The notes beneath the pieces were generated by a model. That model was given only the letters and a program-made list of their open reading frames with translations. It was not told the DNA's origin and made no database searches. A stretch of DNA of 64,000 bases from a virus (lineage: Duplodnaviria; Heunggongvirae; Uroviricota; Caudoviricetes), in the IMG/VR virus record IMGVR_UViG_3300012153_000089, positions 64,001 to 128,000 of that record; one strand, written 5' to 3'. Position numbers and translations under genes: made by a program. Positions 28,588 to 38,328 of this stretch are shown one piece after another (within the stretch, counting starts at the first letter, position 1; every line of letters begins with the position of its first letter).

Positions 28588-28896
28588 TTAGTTATATTTT
28601 TTTATAAATCGTAAAAGTTGGTTTTTCATTTTCTTTATGTCATCTGGATCTTCTTCGTCATAATAGCTCCCCCCTTCATTAATGACGGAGAGAACGTATA
28701 ATGTATCCTCAATTGCTTCTACCAACGTTTTATTTTCGCAATCTCCATCCCATCTAGAAAAAACTTCGCTTGGGACATCAGCAATCCAGTTATTGAGTGT
28801 TTTCATTATACGTTCTCTCCTAATCTTTATTGGTGTTAATATATGTATTTTTATTTCATGTAGCTTAAAATATGTGCAATTACATCTACAGTCCAT
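28588..28896 (-). CDS. hypothetical protein (likely start MKTLNNW)
   Basis: RBS AGGAGAG. Confidence 0.5.
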   Translation of the reverse strand: MDCRCNCTYFKLHEIKIHILTPIKIRRERIMKTLNNWIADVPSEVFSRWDGDCENKTLVEAIEDTLYVLSVINEGGSYYDEEDPDDIKKMKNQLLRFIKKYN

Positions 28897-29735
28897 CCAT
28901 CGCCTAACATATTGTATCTATGCCCTTCCGCTACTCCTTCAGTATATCCTTCTGGCACTGTCTGGAGCCGCTCGTACTCCAATGGTGTTAATCGCCTTAC
29001 TTTGTTTTCTCGTTCTATGTATACTTTCTTCTGCTTGTAACCGCCTCTACAGGCCGTTAAGGTGGCACACTTATTATTCTCGCTGTAAACTCTCTTTAAT
29101 AGATCATGTGTGTTCAAATGAAGCCTTGTTACTATTTTCTTTGATAAATCTAATGGATCATACGGTTGATCATAATAATATTTACTATCAACTTCTTTTT
29201 CTAAAATATCTTTTAAATTGTGGCCTTTATCTTTGGGCTGCTCTATACCTTCTATATTTGTCCAATAATATCTCTTTCGATCTTGAGCGCTTACTAAAGA
29301 ACTATCAATCATAATGGGTTCCACATTCAAAATATTCGATATAATATCTCTATCCCCATTAGACATACTTTCTACATTTTCAAGAATGAAATATTCGGGT
29401 TTAACTATTTGTTGAACTCGCACGTATTCATAAAACAATTTTGATTTTTCACCTTCTAATCCTTGACTATGCTCTGACCTGTCTATGTTGATTATAGATA
29501 GATTCTGACAAGGACTTCCAGCGGTCAATAATTTAATTTTTCCGAGTTTTTTTAAGTCTTCCTCCTTAAGATGTTCTACATTCCCAAGTTGTATTGTCTC
29601 AGGAAAGTTCTTATTTGTGATTTTAATACTGTGTTTATTTATTTCACTAGCATAGTATTTATCAACTTTAATTCCCAACCTATTCAACGCAATTTGACCA
29701 CAACTCATACCATCGAACAAACTAAGTACGTTTAT
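28851..29735 (-). CDS. DNA (cytosine-5) methyltransferase
   Basis: INVLSLFDGMSCG motif I, AGSPCQ catalytic motif IV, ENV motif VI; frame extends upstream to ATA at 29735. Confidence 0.9.
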   Translation of the reverse strand: MNVLSLFDGMSCGQIALNRLGIKVDKYYASEINKHSIKITNKNFPETIQLGNVEHLKEEDLKKLGKIKLLTAGSPCQNLSIINIDRSEHSQGLEGEKSKLFYEYVRVQQIVKPEYFILENVESMSNGDRDIISNILNVEPIMIDSSLVSAQDRKRYYWTNIEGIEQPKDKGHNLKDILEKEVDSKYYYDQPYDPLDLSKKIVTRLHLNTHDLLKRVYSENNKCATLTACRGGYKQKKVYIERENKVRRLTPLEYERLQTVPEGYTEGVAEGHRYNMLGDGWTVDVIAHILSYMK

Positions 29736-29771
29736 AAAATCATACCTCTCTTTTATTATTTTATCATTTAA

Positions 29772-30080
29772 TTAAATATTGTATTGCCCTACAACCATCA
29801 TCCCACGACCATGATCCTGTTCAACAACAACAACTCCTGTGTCTTTGAAATGTGTAAGGAGCAATTCCACATCTTCTTTGCGCGATTCATTATAGGCTGC
29901 TACATGGTATTCCTTGTTACCATCCTTATCCAGTGTAAAAGATTTTGCATCTACATTGATGTAATCATCCACATCGGTTAAGCCCTCCAAAATTGGTGTA
30001 AGTACGTCCCATTCAACTTTCAATTCTGCGAATGCTGTCATTTTAACCGTTCCCTTCTTTGTTTTATTTGTTATATTCAT
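29772..30080 (-). CDS. hypothetical protein
   Basis: Downstream of early promoter at 30079-30119. Confidence 0.55.
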   Translation of the reverse strand: MNITNKTKKGTVKMTAFAELKVEWDVLTPILEGLTDVDDYINVDAKSFTLDKDGNKEYHVAAYNESRKEDVELLLTHFKDTGVVVVEQDHGRGMMVVGQYNI

Positions 30081-30119
30081 TATAACCTTGGATTATATAA
30101 ATATCAAGTATTATTTTAT
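30079..30119 (-). promoter_or_regulatory. early promoter with 13-bp operator variant
   Basis: ATAAAATAATACT, TTGATA-N17-TATAAT. Confidence 0.7.
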
Positions 30120-30143
30120 CATAATTAGAGTGAAATAAGCATT

Positions 30144-30326
30144 TTATTCAAACTCATCCTTGCAAGAATAACACTCTTTACTTTCTTCTATAGCTTGCCC
30201 TTTGTTGTTTGTTACAAAAGTAATCGCTGACAGTTGACTGCAAATGTAACACTTCCCAAAACCTTCTCGCTGCTCATATTGCCCAGTAAAAATTGATTCA
30301 TCTTCTTCTATGTAAACAATAGCCAT
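30144..30326 (-). CDS. small zinc-binding protein
   Basis: CYIC...CYSC. Confidence 0.5.
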   Translation of the reverse strand: MAIVYIEEDESIFTGQYEQREGFGKCYICSQLSAITFVTNNKGQAIEESKECYSCKDEFE

Positions 30327-30351
30327 GTGATTTCCCTCCTATACGATTGGA

Positions 30352-30588
30352 TTATATACATTCAACCTCTAAAATCATTTCCATCATCTCTTCAATGTCT
30401 TCTGCTGACTGCTCATTCACCGTGATCTGATCCTTTATGATCTCGATTGTACATTGGTTAGTATGTATAGTGCATGTAGGCGATATAGCGAATGTATGTT
30501 GATCTCCAGTAACTTCGTAGTACAATCCTTCGGTGTCAAGTTTCTTAGTGATTTGCTTAATAATTTTATCAATCTTCATTATTTTCAT
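30352..30588 (-). CDS. hypothetical protein
   Basis: Co-oriented ORF. Confidence 0.5.
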   Translation of the reverse strand: MKIMKIDKIIKQITKKLDTEGLYYEVTGDQHTFAISPTCTIHTNQCTIEIIKDQITVNEQSAEDIEEMMEMILEVECI

Positions 30589-30682
30589 TCTCCAATTATC
30601 ATTAATTTATATTTATGCAGTACTATGAGTTAAATTATCATCAATCACGGGTATTATACTTTTTAATAAGCATAATCATGCA

Positions 30683-30907
30683 CTACTCGTTCTTATTCCA
30701 TTTCTGATCCACTTCATCCCACACATAGCCAATCTCATGAGCCCGTTTCCAAATAGCCTCAGTTTCGTTTACGACTTCGAAACCCTCTTGCACAAGTATG
30801 GTCAACATTTGATTATCATTCATGCTATCTGACTCCTTCAATTTGATCATATGGCGAATATGTATTCCATCGATTCTCAAAATCAGCTTTATTACTGATG
30901 TTATCAA
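30683..30907 (-). CDS. hypothetical protein
   Basis: Co-oriented ORF. Confidence 0.45.
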   Translation of the reverse strand: MITSVIKLILRIDGIHIRHMIKLKESDSMNDNQMLTILVQEGFEVVNETEAIWKRAHEIGYVWDEVDQKWNKNE

Positions 30908-31043
30908 CTACCTGATATTTTCTGTTTGAATTTGGCTCCCATTTTGAAACTCCATTTGTTAAGTACTCTAATCCTGTTGGGGATGTAATCAATGCACCTT
31001 CCCAGTGTTCTGTTTGAATCCAATTTTCAAATGTGTACTTCAT
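30825..31043 (-). CDS. hypothetical protein
   Basis: RBS GGAG. Confidence 0.45.
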   Translation of the reverse strand: MKYTFENWIQTEHWEGALITSPTGLEYLTNGVSKWEPNSNRKYQVVDNISNKADFENRWNTYSPYDQIEGVR

Positions 31044-31073
31044 TGTTATCGCTCCAATGTATTATATATATAT

Positions 31074-31640
31074 TTATTGAGATACAAGATAAAAACTAAA
31101 ATCTAAGTGATTAACATTGACATGCTTTACTTCCCCACTCGGTAATTTAATCTTTAATTCATCATCTATGCCATATGGTTTATTTTTAATTTCCTCAAGG
31201 ATCTCAACTTTCTCTCCGTTTAACATAGCTCTATCTTTGTCTAAAATCTGACCATTGAAAGAGATCTTGAAGGAGTTTCCTATTTCTTCGTTAATATCAC
31301 AAACGGATATATTATTTAAACTCTCTTCTTCATCAACGATAAGTGTTAGCAGGTATTCTTTGACTTCTTTTGCCAGTTGCAAGTCAAACCATTCGTATTC
31401 TTCATTGCTCTTCCTTCCTAATTGAGAAGACACTGCAACAGGTTTGTCATCAAAGAAATACATTTTCCATCCCACATATGTATCTGTGCAATACCAGTTT
31501 CCGATCCAGTAAGATTTAATCCTGTCCTGTTCTTTCCAAGGAACATCTAACCCTAATTCCTCGCCAAGTTCCTGAGTATCCACCCAATCTTGATTCTTAT
31601 CAGACTTGTCGATTCGCTGCGCAATGTCTATTAACTTCAT
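31074..31640 (-). CDS. hypothetical phage protein
   Basis: RBS GGAGGG; WYCTDTYVG motif. Confidence 0.6.
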   Translation of the reverse strand: MKLIDIAQRIDKSDKNQDWVDTQELGEELGLDVPWKEQDRIKSYWIGNWYCTDTYVGWKMYFFDDKPVAVSSQLGRKSNEEYEWFDLQLAKEVKEYLLTLIVDEEESLNNISVCDINEEIGNSFKISFNGQILDKDRAMLNGEKVEILEEIKNKPYGIDDELKIKLPSGEVKHVNVNHLDFSFYLVSQ

Positions 31641-31850
31641 GTTGTCCCTCCAATTATTTTATATTTTAATCAAACACGAATTTTATCCGATTCTAAATAG
31701 CACTTTCGCAAATACTGTCTCGTTGTCTTCTTTCCATTCTTTCCAGATCATAAACAGCGGCAACTGGTTTTTACCTTTTAATCCGATTCTAATTCTCGTT
31801 GATTTTTTCATTATCGATCTTCTCCTCTCTTTATGAAATCACTCTTTTAC

Positions 31851-32051
31851 TTAGAATCCTGAAAACTGCGCTTTAAAATTAAATCCAAAATTTCGATCAC
31901 CATTTACATCATGAGCAACAATATTGATTGCTTCATATTCATTGATTGCCTCAACATCATTGACTTTATAATCTTCACCATCAACCGCTTCATAGCAGAC
32001 AGTAAATTTTACTTTAATATCATCTAACCCATTAAATTGTCTCTTTTCCAT
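31851..32051 (-). CDS. hypothetical protein
   Basis: Lies between palindromes at 31833 and 32075. Confidence 0.55.
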   Translation of the reverse strand: MEKRQFNGLDDIKVKFTVCYEAVDGEDYKVNDVEAINEYEAINIVAHDVNGDRNFGFNFKAQFSGF

Positions 32052-32154
32052 TGCTTATTCCTCCTAATATTCTAATGAAATGAGTATATTATCAAAATTC
32101 CAGTACAATGTTTCTCGTTCATGTACGTTGTTTATGTATTAACTTTATAATGTA

Positions 32155-32195
32155 ATTATACATCTATTATATTGTAATGTAAAGTGTTATTTTAT
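32155..32195 (-). promoter_or_regulatory. early promoter with 13-bp operator
   Basis: ATAAAATAACACT, TTTACA-N17-TATAAT; flanks resemble the 25124 promoter. Confidence 0.75.
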
Positions 32196-32238
32196 CATTA
32201 TATAAAAAGAGATCCCTTTTTGGAATCCCTTAACAACC

Positions 32239-32595
32239 CTATTTAAGTTTAACTGTCCATATCTCTACTTCTTCATCTTCATTGATTGGTTCAGCGTATG
32301 TGACAATAACCTCTTTGCCCTGATACTGTGTACGCAATGCCTTAGTGAACGCTTTATCTTCTTTGTGTAATGCGATATCGGTCACCTGTAGCACCCAGAA
32401 ATGCCCATCCTCATCCTTTGTGGTGTGAGCGATGTAATAACCGCTACCCTTCATGTAATACACCTTTTCAATCTTCATTGTGGCCTGTTTAACCTCTTCT
32501 TTGACTCCGCTAGCCATGGTCACACCAGACACCATCAGGGACAATACGAACACCATCAATAATACAGTAAACTTTTTCATATTGAATACCTCCAA
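32239..32595 (-). CDS. secreted hypothetical protein
   Basis: MKKFTVLLMVFVLSLMVSGVTMA signal peptide. Confidence 0.6.
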   Translation of the reverse strand: MEVFNMKKFTVLLMVFVLSLMVSGVTMASGVKEEVKQATMKIEKVYYMKGSGYYIAHTTKDEDGHFWVLQVTDIALHKEDKAFTKALRTQYQGKEVIVTYAEPINEDEEVEIWTVKLK

Positions 32596-32837
32596 TTTAT
32601 TTTATTATTATTATTTAGTAATCAATGATTCAACCAGTTCAAGATGCTGACTGAAGGATAACCCTACTGATGAACGTTTAGTATTGTTTTGTAAGTTTAC
32701 TCTTTGCTCTGGCTGCTTAAACGCTGCATATGGATTAGTTTTGTGTACTGGATGTATGTAATAGATCCTTATCATGTGTTACCTCCTTCTATATTCAAAG
32801 ATATCTATATGAAAGGCCACTTTCATGGACTTTTGAT

Positions 32838-33176
32838 TTAATAACTCATACGAGTTTCAATAAATCTCAGATTATCTGATAAGCTTAAAATCTGATTGAT
32901 CTCGTCCTGTGCATCAAGTCTACTAATTTCAATTTCAACATACTCATCTGTTTCGTCGATAAATATCGCCATAGGACTCATATCATTGCTGTATCGTGGA
33001 AAAATTGAATAGTTATCAAGTACAATCTTTTCAGCAACATAGATAAAATTACCATCATTGCTTTTTAACTCTACCAACCTGTAAGGCTCATCCGTAAACA
33101 TATCATATTCAGTAGATAATCCAACCACTTGGTAATATCTATTATACTTAATTGCTGCATCTCCAATATTCAACAT
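32838..33176 (-). CDS. hypothetical protein
   Basis: Co-oriented ORF. Confidence 0.5.
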   Translation of the reverse strand: MLNIGDAAIKYNRYYQVVGLSTEYDMFTDEPYRLVELKSNDGNFIYVAEKIVLDNYSIFPRYSNDMSPMAIFIDETDEYVEIEISRLDAQDEINQILSLSDNLRFIETRMSY

Positions 33177-33355
33177 TATTTATTACCGCCTTATAGTTTT
33201 ATTTTATAATATATATTAACGAAGGATTAAAGCCCCTACGATTGTTTTACTTTTCAATGCTTGCTTACGTGCCCATTGTGACTTCATGATTGCCAGTCTA
33301 GATTGACTCATTTGGTTTCAACTCCTTGTTTCGTTTTCCTTTACCTTATATACTT

Positions 33356-33396
33356 ATTATACACTTTAAATATATAAATTACAAGTGTTATTTTAT
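33356..33396 (-). promoter_or_regulatory. early promoter with 13-bp operator
   Basis: ATAAAATAACACT, TTGTAA-N17-TATAAT. Confidence 0.7.
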
Positions 33397-33672
33397 TATC
33401 ATATGCAAATAAGCCACCTATTTTATTAGATGGCTAGACATAATACATGTTTAATGAGGTTTTAAAAGAAGAAATTAAAACAAATGACATTCACAACGGT
33501 TTTTGTTGTGGATGAAGGTGATCGACAGCCATGGAGTGAAACGGAATGGATCTCGTCACCTATTATCATTGTAAAAATATCAATTCAATAATATTAAATT
33601 CAATTTTCCTATGTAAATAAACACTTTTATCAAAGTAAGATTTTAGAGAATACTCAAAAAGGGACACTCGAC

Positions 33673-33788
33673 TTCCACGTTTTGGACGCAAGAAAATTCA
33701 GAAAACCTTTATGTATCAACGGTTTATGGTGTGTTATTCTATAATGAAAACTCTTATATAAAGGAATATTCCACGTTTTGGACGCAAG
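33673..33788. repeat. 20-bp direct repeat TTCCACGTTTTGGACGCAAG (2 copies)
   Basis: 33673-33692 and 33769-33788, abutting helicase stop codon. Confidence 0.85.
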
Positions 33789-35303
33789 CTATACGTCAAA
33801 AGCCTGATATTTAGCCAAAATCCAGCATCTCTTATTGTAATTTGGATTGATTTGACCGTCCTCTAACTTACGTCTCCTGTCTTTGTTGGTTCTGTCATTA
33901 TTATTTAAACTATAAGGCAAATCATTTTTCAAAAAGTACATATTTAATTGATCACAGTCTTTTTGTAATCTACCTCGTCCATCTCTTAAATCAATTCGTT
34001 TAATTAACTCAGATTGATCGCTTTTGTACAACCGCTTCCCAACAATATCATCTAAATAGTCAGATATGGTCGCTTTATCTATTGAGTCATCTAATATACT
34101 GTGATGATCCTGTCCTAGTTTATCTTTCATAAAATTAATATACCCTTCCTCTCTATCAAGTAAGTTTCTAAATAGATTTAAATCATAGCACTCTTTAAAG
34201 TATCTTATTTCATTAACTACTTTCTCATACCCTACAACATTCTTAGCTGCTTTGTCATAAATAATAGGATTATTGCTTCTTTGATATTTCTTGATGTACT
34301 CAGCAGATCCATGATCATACAAATACTTCGCTGGCAAAATTGTTTTTTCACTCTGAACCATTTTCTTATTCATCATCTTGTTAGACATATCCTTGATAAT
34401 AATAGTAACCTTGTCTCGACTATCAACTATACGTTTTCTGCCTATGCATTGAATTAGTGTGTCAACATCCTCAATATCAGTGACAATGTACTTTATCTGC
34501 CTATCCTTAATATTAATGCCATTGTCTAATGTTGATGTGGTAAAAAGAAACTTCTCCTCAAACTTTTCATTTGTAAGCATTTTGCTGATTCGATCTTTGT
34601 CTATTTTCTTTCCGACTCCCGATACTGTTTTCTCAGCACACACGAACAGAGAATCTTTGAATAGTAAATGTAGATCTAAGGCTCTCGTTGCTGACTTAGT
34701 AAAACAGATCGCCTTTTGATTCTTAGGTATTGTGCGCAGAAAATTCTCTAGTACCTTGTCATTTCTATAGAACAACAATTCTTTGATATGACTAAAATCG
34801 TGAGGCACATTGTAGCTCCTATACTGTATCCCTTTATGCTTAAAATACTCAATAGTTGAATCTGCAGTTGCAGACATAAATATTTTAGTCTTATTTATAT
34901 CAGACAGAATCATATTGAATGAGTCTTCAGTGTTAAAATTAAACTTTGATTCGGTTAGAAAATAATGAAATTCGTCCGATACAATGTAGCCATACTTATC
35001 ACTGAATACTCTGCTTTTCTTACGCAACGCACTCTCAATTGTTTGATACAAGAAAATATCGATTGTGTCACTCTTATTATCTTGTTCAATCTCAAGTTGA
35101 AACTGTTCACTTAGTCGTGTTCGATTTAGCAAGAACAGTATCTTAGTCCCTTCACGCTTTGCCTTCTCATATAGAGTGTTCTTGATGAAGTATGACTTGC
35201 CTACACCTGTTCCAGCTTCAATTGTGATAATCTCGCCTTGCTGCCATTGCTTATACTCGTTCCCTATGATTTCTGTAACTGTTCGTTTCTTTCTCCGTGT
35301 CAG
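33789..35303 (-). CDS. SF2 (DExH) helicase-like protein, 504 aa, CTG start
   Basis: Frame extends 57 codons above ORF-track start to CTG after AAAGGAGG, adding Walker A AGTGVGKS; DEFH, MSAT, TLDNGINI, QCIGRKR motifs. Confidence 0.85.
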   Translation of the reverse strand: MTRRKKRTVTEIIGNEYKQWQQGEIITIEAGTGVGKSYFIKNTLYEKAKREGTKILFLLNRTRLSEQFQLEIEQDNKSDTIDIFLYQTIESALRKKSRVFSDKYGYIVSDEFHYFLTESKFNFNTEDSFNMILSDINKTKIFMSATADSTIEYFKHKGIQYRSYNVPHDFSHIKELLFYRNDKVLENFLRTIPKNQKAICFTKSATRALDLHLLFKDSLFVCAEKTVSGVGKKIDKDRISKMLTNEKFEEKFLFTTSTLDNGINIKDRQIKYIVTDIEDVDTLIQCIGRKRIVDSRDKVTIIIKDMSNKMMNKKMVQSEKTILPAKYLYDHGSAEYIKKYQRSNNPIIYDKAAKNVVGYEKVVNEIRYFKECYDLNLFRNLLDREEGYINFMKDKLGQDHHSILDDSIDKATISDYLDDIVGKRLYKSDQSELIKRIDLRDGRGRLQKDCDQLNMYFLKNDLPYSLNNNDRTNKDRRRKLEDGQINPNYNKRCWILAKYQAFDV

Positions 35304-35456
35304 CCCTACTCCTCCTTTCTCTTTGAGTAATTCATGAATTATCTATGTGAAACTCTACAGATAGAGTGTAAGCGTGGATTGTATTCAACCTAGGATCGTT
35401 AAACAGATCAATACATAAACTAAATTAATCGTATTCTGATCATGTATATGCATCCT

Positions 35457-35618
35457 TTACTTACGTCTAAGATAAACTACACCTGAAACAAGTGAGTAAG
35501 CAGCTACAATAAGCAGCAATGTAGATGCCCAAGTAGTATTAATGGATAGTGCAATCGTAGACAATACACCTGTTAAGACTAGACGTTCAATACCTTCTCG
35601 TTTATGTTTGTTCATCAT
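35457..35618 (-). CDS. small 2-TM protein (53 aa) downstream of toxin (yoyJ-like position)
   Basis: RBS AAAGGA; MMNKHKREGIERLVLTGVLSTIALSINTTWASTLLLIVAAYSLVSGVVYLRRK. Confidence 0.55.
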   Translation of the reverse strand: MMNKHKREGIERLVLTGVLSTIALSINTTWASTLLLIVAAYSLVSGVVYLRRK

Positions 35619-35639
35619 TACATCTTCCTTTCTGTTTAT

Positions 35640-35669
35640 TTGACACTTGTGTAAGGGGTGTTGTATTAT
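35640..35669 (+). promoter_or_regulatory. antisense promoter for SR6-like antitoxin RNA
   Basis: TTGACA-N18-TATTAT firing into the 3' end of the toxin ORF. Confidence 0.55.
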
Positions 35670-35714
35670 GTGGGTGAGAAAGGAAGTTCGTGGCTTCCTC
35701 TCTCGGGATGATAG

Positions 35715-35855
35715 CTATTTCTTACGGCGATGACGTTTCTTTTTTAACGTTCTCGCCTTTTTCCTTTTCTCCTTCCATTCTATAATGTCTTTGGTGATTA
35801 GTCTGGCAAAGGTCAGTGTCCCAACGATGACTCCAATCTTACCCCAGATATCCAT
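35715..35855 (-). CDS. YonT-like type I toxin (46 aa), below ORF-track cutoff
   Basis: RBS AAGGAGGTGA; MDIWGKIGVIVGTLTFARLITKDIIEWKEKRKKARTLKKKRHRRKK: hydrophobic N-half, very basic tail. Confidence 0.65.
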   Translation of the reverse strand: MDIWGKIGVIVGTLTFARLITKDIIEWKEKRKKARTLKKKRHRRKK

Positions 35856-35879
35856 ATGTATCACCTCCTTACATATATA

Positions 35880-35920
35880 ATTATACCATTAATTTAATGT
35901 AATTGATAGTGTTATTTTAT
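35880..35920 (-). promoter_or_regulatory. early promoter with 13-bp operator driving toxin gene
   Basis: ATAAAATAACACT, N17, TATAAT. Confidence 0.65.
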
Positions 35921-35949
35921 CATTTTTAAATAAATTTACGATATATATT

Positions 35950-37075
35950 TGCTTGTGCTATGTGATTGGTGTGTTGGTCAATGCATTAACAGTGATGCAT
36001 GTATGAGTGCTCTATCTATGTAGTGAAGAGTCAGGTAAAGTTGATATGGAATTGAATATTTATAATTAGTCAGATGAAGATTAGAAAAGATAGTTCAAAT
36101 TTGAAAATTGAGAATACTATATTTGGATTAGTGGATATGGGATTGTGTATTGTTAGTTGGATATGGAAAGTTGAAAATGAGAAAATGAATATTAGAATTG
36201 AGATTAAATTTTGAAATATGAAAATGGAAAAGACATATGTGAGTGTTAGGGTAATGTGATGGTGATGAGTGAATGGATAGGTAGGTGAAGTATACATGGA
36301 TGAGGAACAGTGTAGATGATGAGTATAGTTGAGTGAGATGGACATGTGAGTGTAAGGTATAGTTAGGTGAGGCTGTGGTGGTTATGTGGTGATAGGTAAG
36401 GTGAGCTAAGTTATAGTTGATAATAAGTCATGATTTACACTAACACTGTTACCCAGTGATTAAGATACCCCTATGGGGTATATGGATGTGCAAAGTTAAA
36501 TTTGAAAATAAATTGAACAATTTGAATATTTTTTTGAAAATATGCTTGACAATTGAGCAGCGTAGTGGATCAGTTGGAGGTGTGCTGGTGGATAGCCCTA
36601 TCAGGTACATAATGTATCTTATATACCTGATAGAACTGGTATGGGGGGCTATTTTAAATCTAAAAATCGTGTAAAAATGGAAAATAGTGGCCTAGCACTT
36701 CCGCTTCCACACCCTGAATTAATTTTTAACCTCCCATATATTTACCATTGAACTGTAATCTATTTGTAACTGTTACCTTCAATATCGCAGTATTTTAATC
36801 ATAAACTCAATCGTAATCCCCCTCTTTTTCCCTTTCCTTATCTATACTTTTTAACTCATTACAATTATGTAACCATACCCAATACAGCTAATTCACTCTC
36901 TCTTTTCACCCATTTTCCCTTGATAAATCAACGTTTTTGCGATGCATATACATGATTAAATATATCCAGCATACCCCCATCCTCATTTCACCTTGATAAA
37001 TCAGCACTTTTTAACTCGAACTCCGAATTGACGATTAACATTCAATCGCGATGAGATCATTTAACACAAAAAAGC
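35950..37075. other. 1.1-kb noncoding G/C strand-skew switch with palindromes
   Basis: Plus strand C-poor to about 36430, G-poor from about 36710; ATACCCC-TAT-GGGGTAT (36465-36481), CTATCAGGTA/TACCTGATAG (36598-36633). Confidence 0.6.
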
Positions 37076-37114
37076 CTATCAGACGAAAAACGTCTAATAG
37101 ACCCGATCTAAAAT

Positions 37115-38191
37115 TTATTTTATATTAATTAGTTGTTGTTTCTCCTTTGAATTAACAAGCTCATACGCCTCTCTCTTTATCTGATTTAAAGATCCATAAT
37201 TTTGATTCATTATAATTCCAATCAATTCTTCCTTTGTTAGTTGCTCTAAAACTCCATCTTCAATTTTTTCTTCTATTCTAAGACTTATGCTATTAGACAA
37301 ATCTTCATTGACATGTCTGTAGTAAGTCTCAGTAGTCGAGATATTGGAATGGTTAAGATGATTCTTCGCTTCCTCTAATGTTCCGAAACTGGCAGCTACG
37401 TTTCTAAAGCTATGAAACTTGATATTTCTTTCTTCGGGAATCGACAACTGCTCCTTTAGACGGTTCATCATGCTTTGAATGGTATCTTTACCCAAATGAA
37501 AAATTCTATCATCGTTATATTTTTTATAGTAAGGTCTCTCTTTTATTTTCAATAATTCATTATATAAATCGGGAGAAATCGGAACTTTATGTTTCTTTCC
37601 TCCCTTTCCTATAGTATAGACATCATAATAACCTCTATCATTGAAAACAATATCTGTCCATTTTAATTTCTGTAACGAACTCTTCCTAAAACTTGTTGTA
37701 TATGCCATTCTAATAAATGAAGATTTCTCTTGCCCTTGCTTTCTATCTTTACAAATGATCTTAGCCATTTCTTCGGCCTCGTCTAGGTAGAGGGCACCAG
37801 TTTGTTCTGAATCATCGGATAGAGAATCGACTTTTACATGTTTTGAGTTCAATGGATACTCGTTGATCTCTAAAAATTCGTATAAACTTTGAATTGGAGC
37901 TATGTAACTATTTATTGTAATGTTCGTATACTCTGCTTCGTGATCTTTTAGATATTTTTGATATCGAATCATATCCGCATTGCGTACTTTTAAATCAGCA
38001 ACAGATAAAAATTCAATATTCTTCTTGACTGGTAACCACAGAAAGAAATTACGTATACTTCTCTCATAGTGTTTCTGAGTATGTTTACTTTCAAACTTCT
38101 TTATAAAAGTCATAATGTCCTCATACACTCTTCTACTATGTAATTCCACCACATTCGCATTCCTAAGCATATTCATTCTCCTCTCCTTCAC
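37115..38191 (-). CDS. tyrosine recombinase, apparently catalytically intact
   Basis: SFRKSSL (R), GKGGK (K), FHSFR (HxxR), LNHSNISTTETY (H, Y). Likely start ATG 38176. Confidence 0.85.
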   Translation of the reverse strand: MKERRMNMLRNANVVELHSRRVYEDIMTFIKKFESKHTQKHYERSIRNFFLWLPVKKNIEFLSVADLKVRNADMIRYQKYLKDHEAEYTNITINSYIAPIQSLYEFLEINEYPLNSKHVKVDSLSDDSEQTGALYLDEAEEMAKIICKDRKQGQEKSSFIRMAYTTSFRKSSLQKLKWTDIVFNDRGYYDVYTIGKGGKKHKVPISPDLYNELLKIKERPYYKKYNDDRIFHLGKDTIQSMMNRLKEQLSIPEERNIKFHSFRNVAASFGTLEEAKNHLNHSNISTTETYYRHVNEDLSNSISLRIEEKIEDGVLEQLTKEELIGIIMNQNYGSLNQIKREAYELVNSKEKQQLINIK

Positions 38192-38200
38192 CTACAACCT

Positions 38201-38266
38201 ATTATATATGAAGATATAAAACTTGTAAATATTTTTATTGACTAGTGTTATTTTATTACTTATAAT
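38201..38266. promoter_or_regulatory. divergent promoters of recombinase and RNA-polymerase operon sharing the 13-bp operator
   Basis: Minus TTTACA-N17-TATAAT (38229-38201); plus TTGACT-N17-TATAAT (38238-38266) whose spacer contains AGTGTTATTTTAT. Confidence 0.8.
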
Positions 38267-38328
38267 GAAAACACGGAAGCACATTCCGAATACATACATA
38301 GCTCACTGAAGCCGAAAGGAAATATTGA

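Noticed and set aside
12235-32826. CRISPR array or integron attC sites for the recurring palindrome
   Set aside because: Units are 18 bp with variable centres separated by whole genes; no cas genes, no GTTRRRY/attC stem pattern, no IntI.
36070-36345. 91-aa ORF (and 36456-36674)
   Set aside because: Product of low-complexity skewed DNA; no RBS, biased composition.
5764-38191. Arbitrium aimR-aimP
   Set aside because: No ~380-aa HTH-TPR receptor followed by a secreted short propeptide was recognised; one could lie outside the window.
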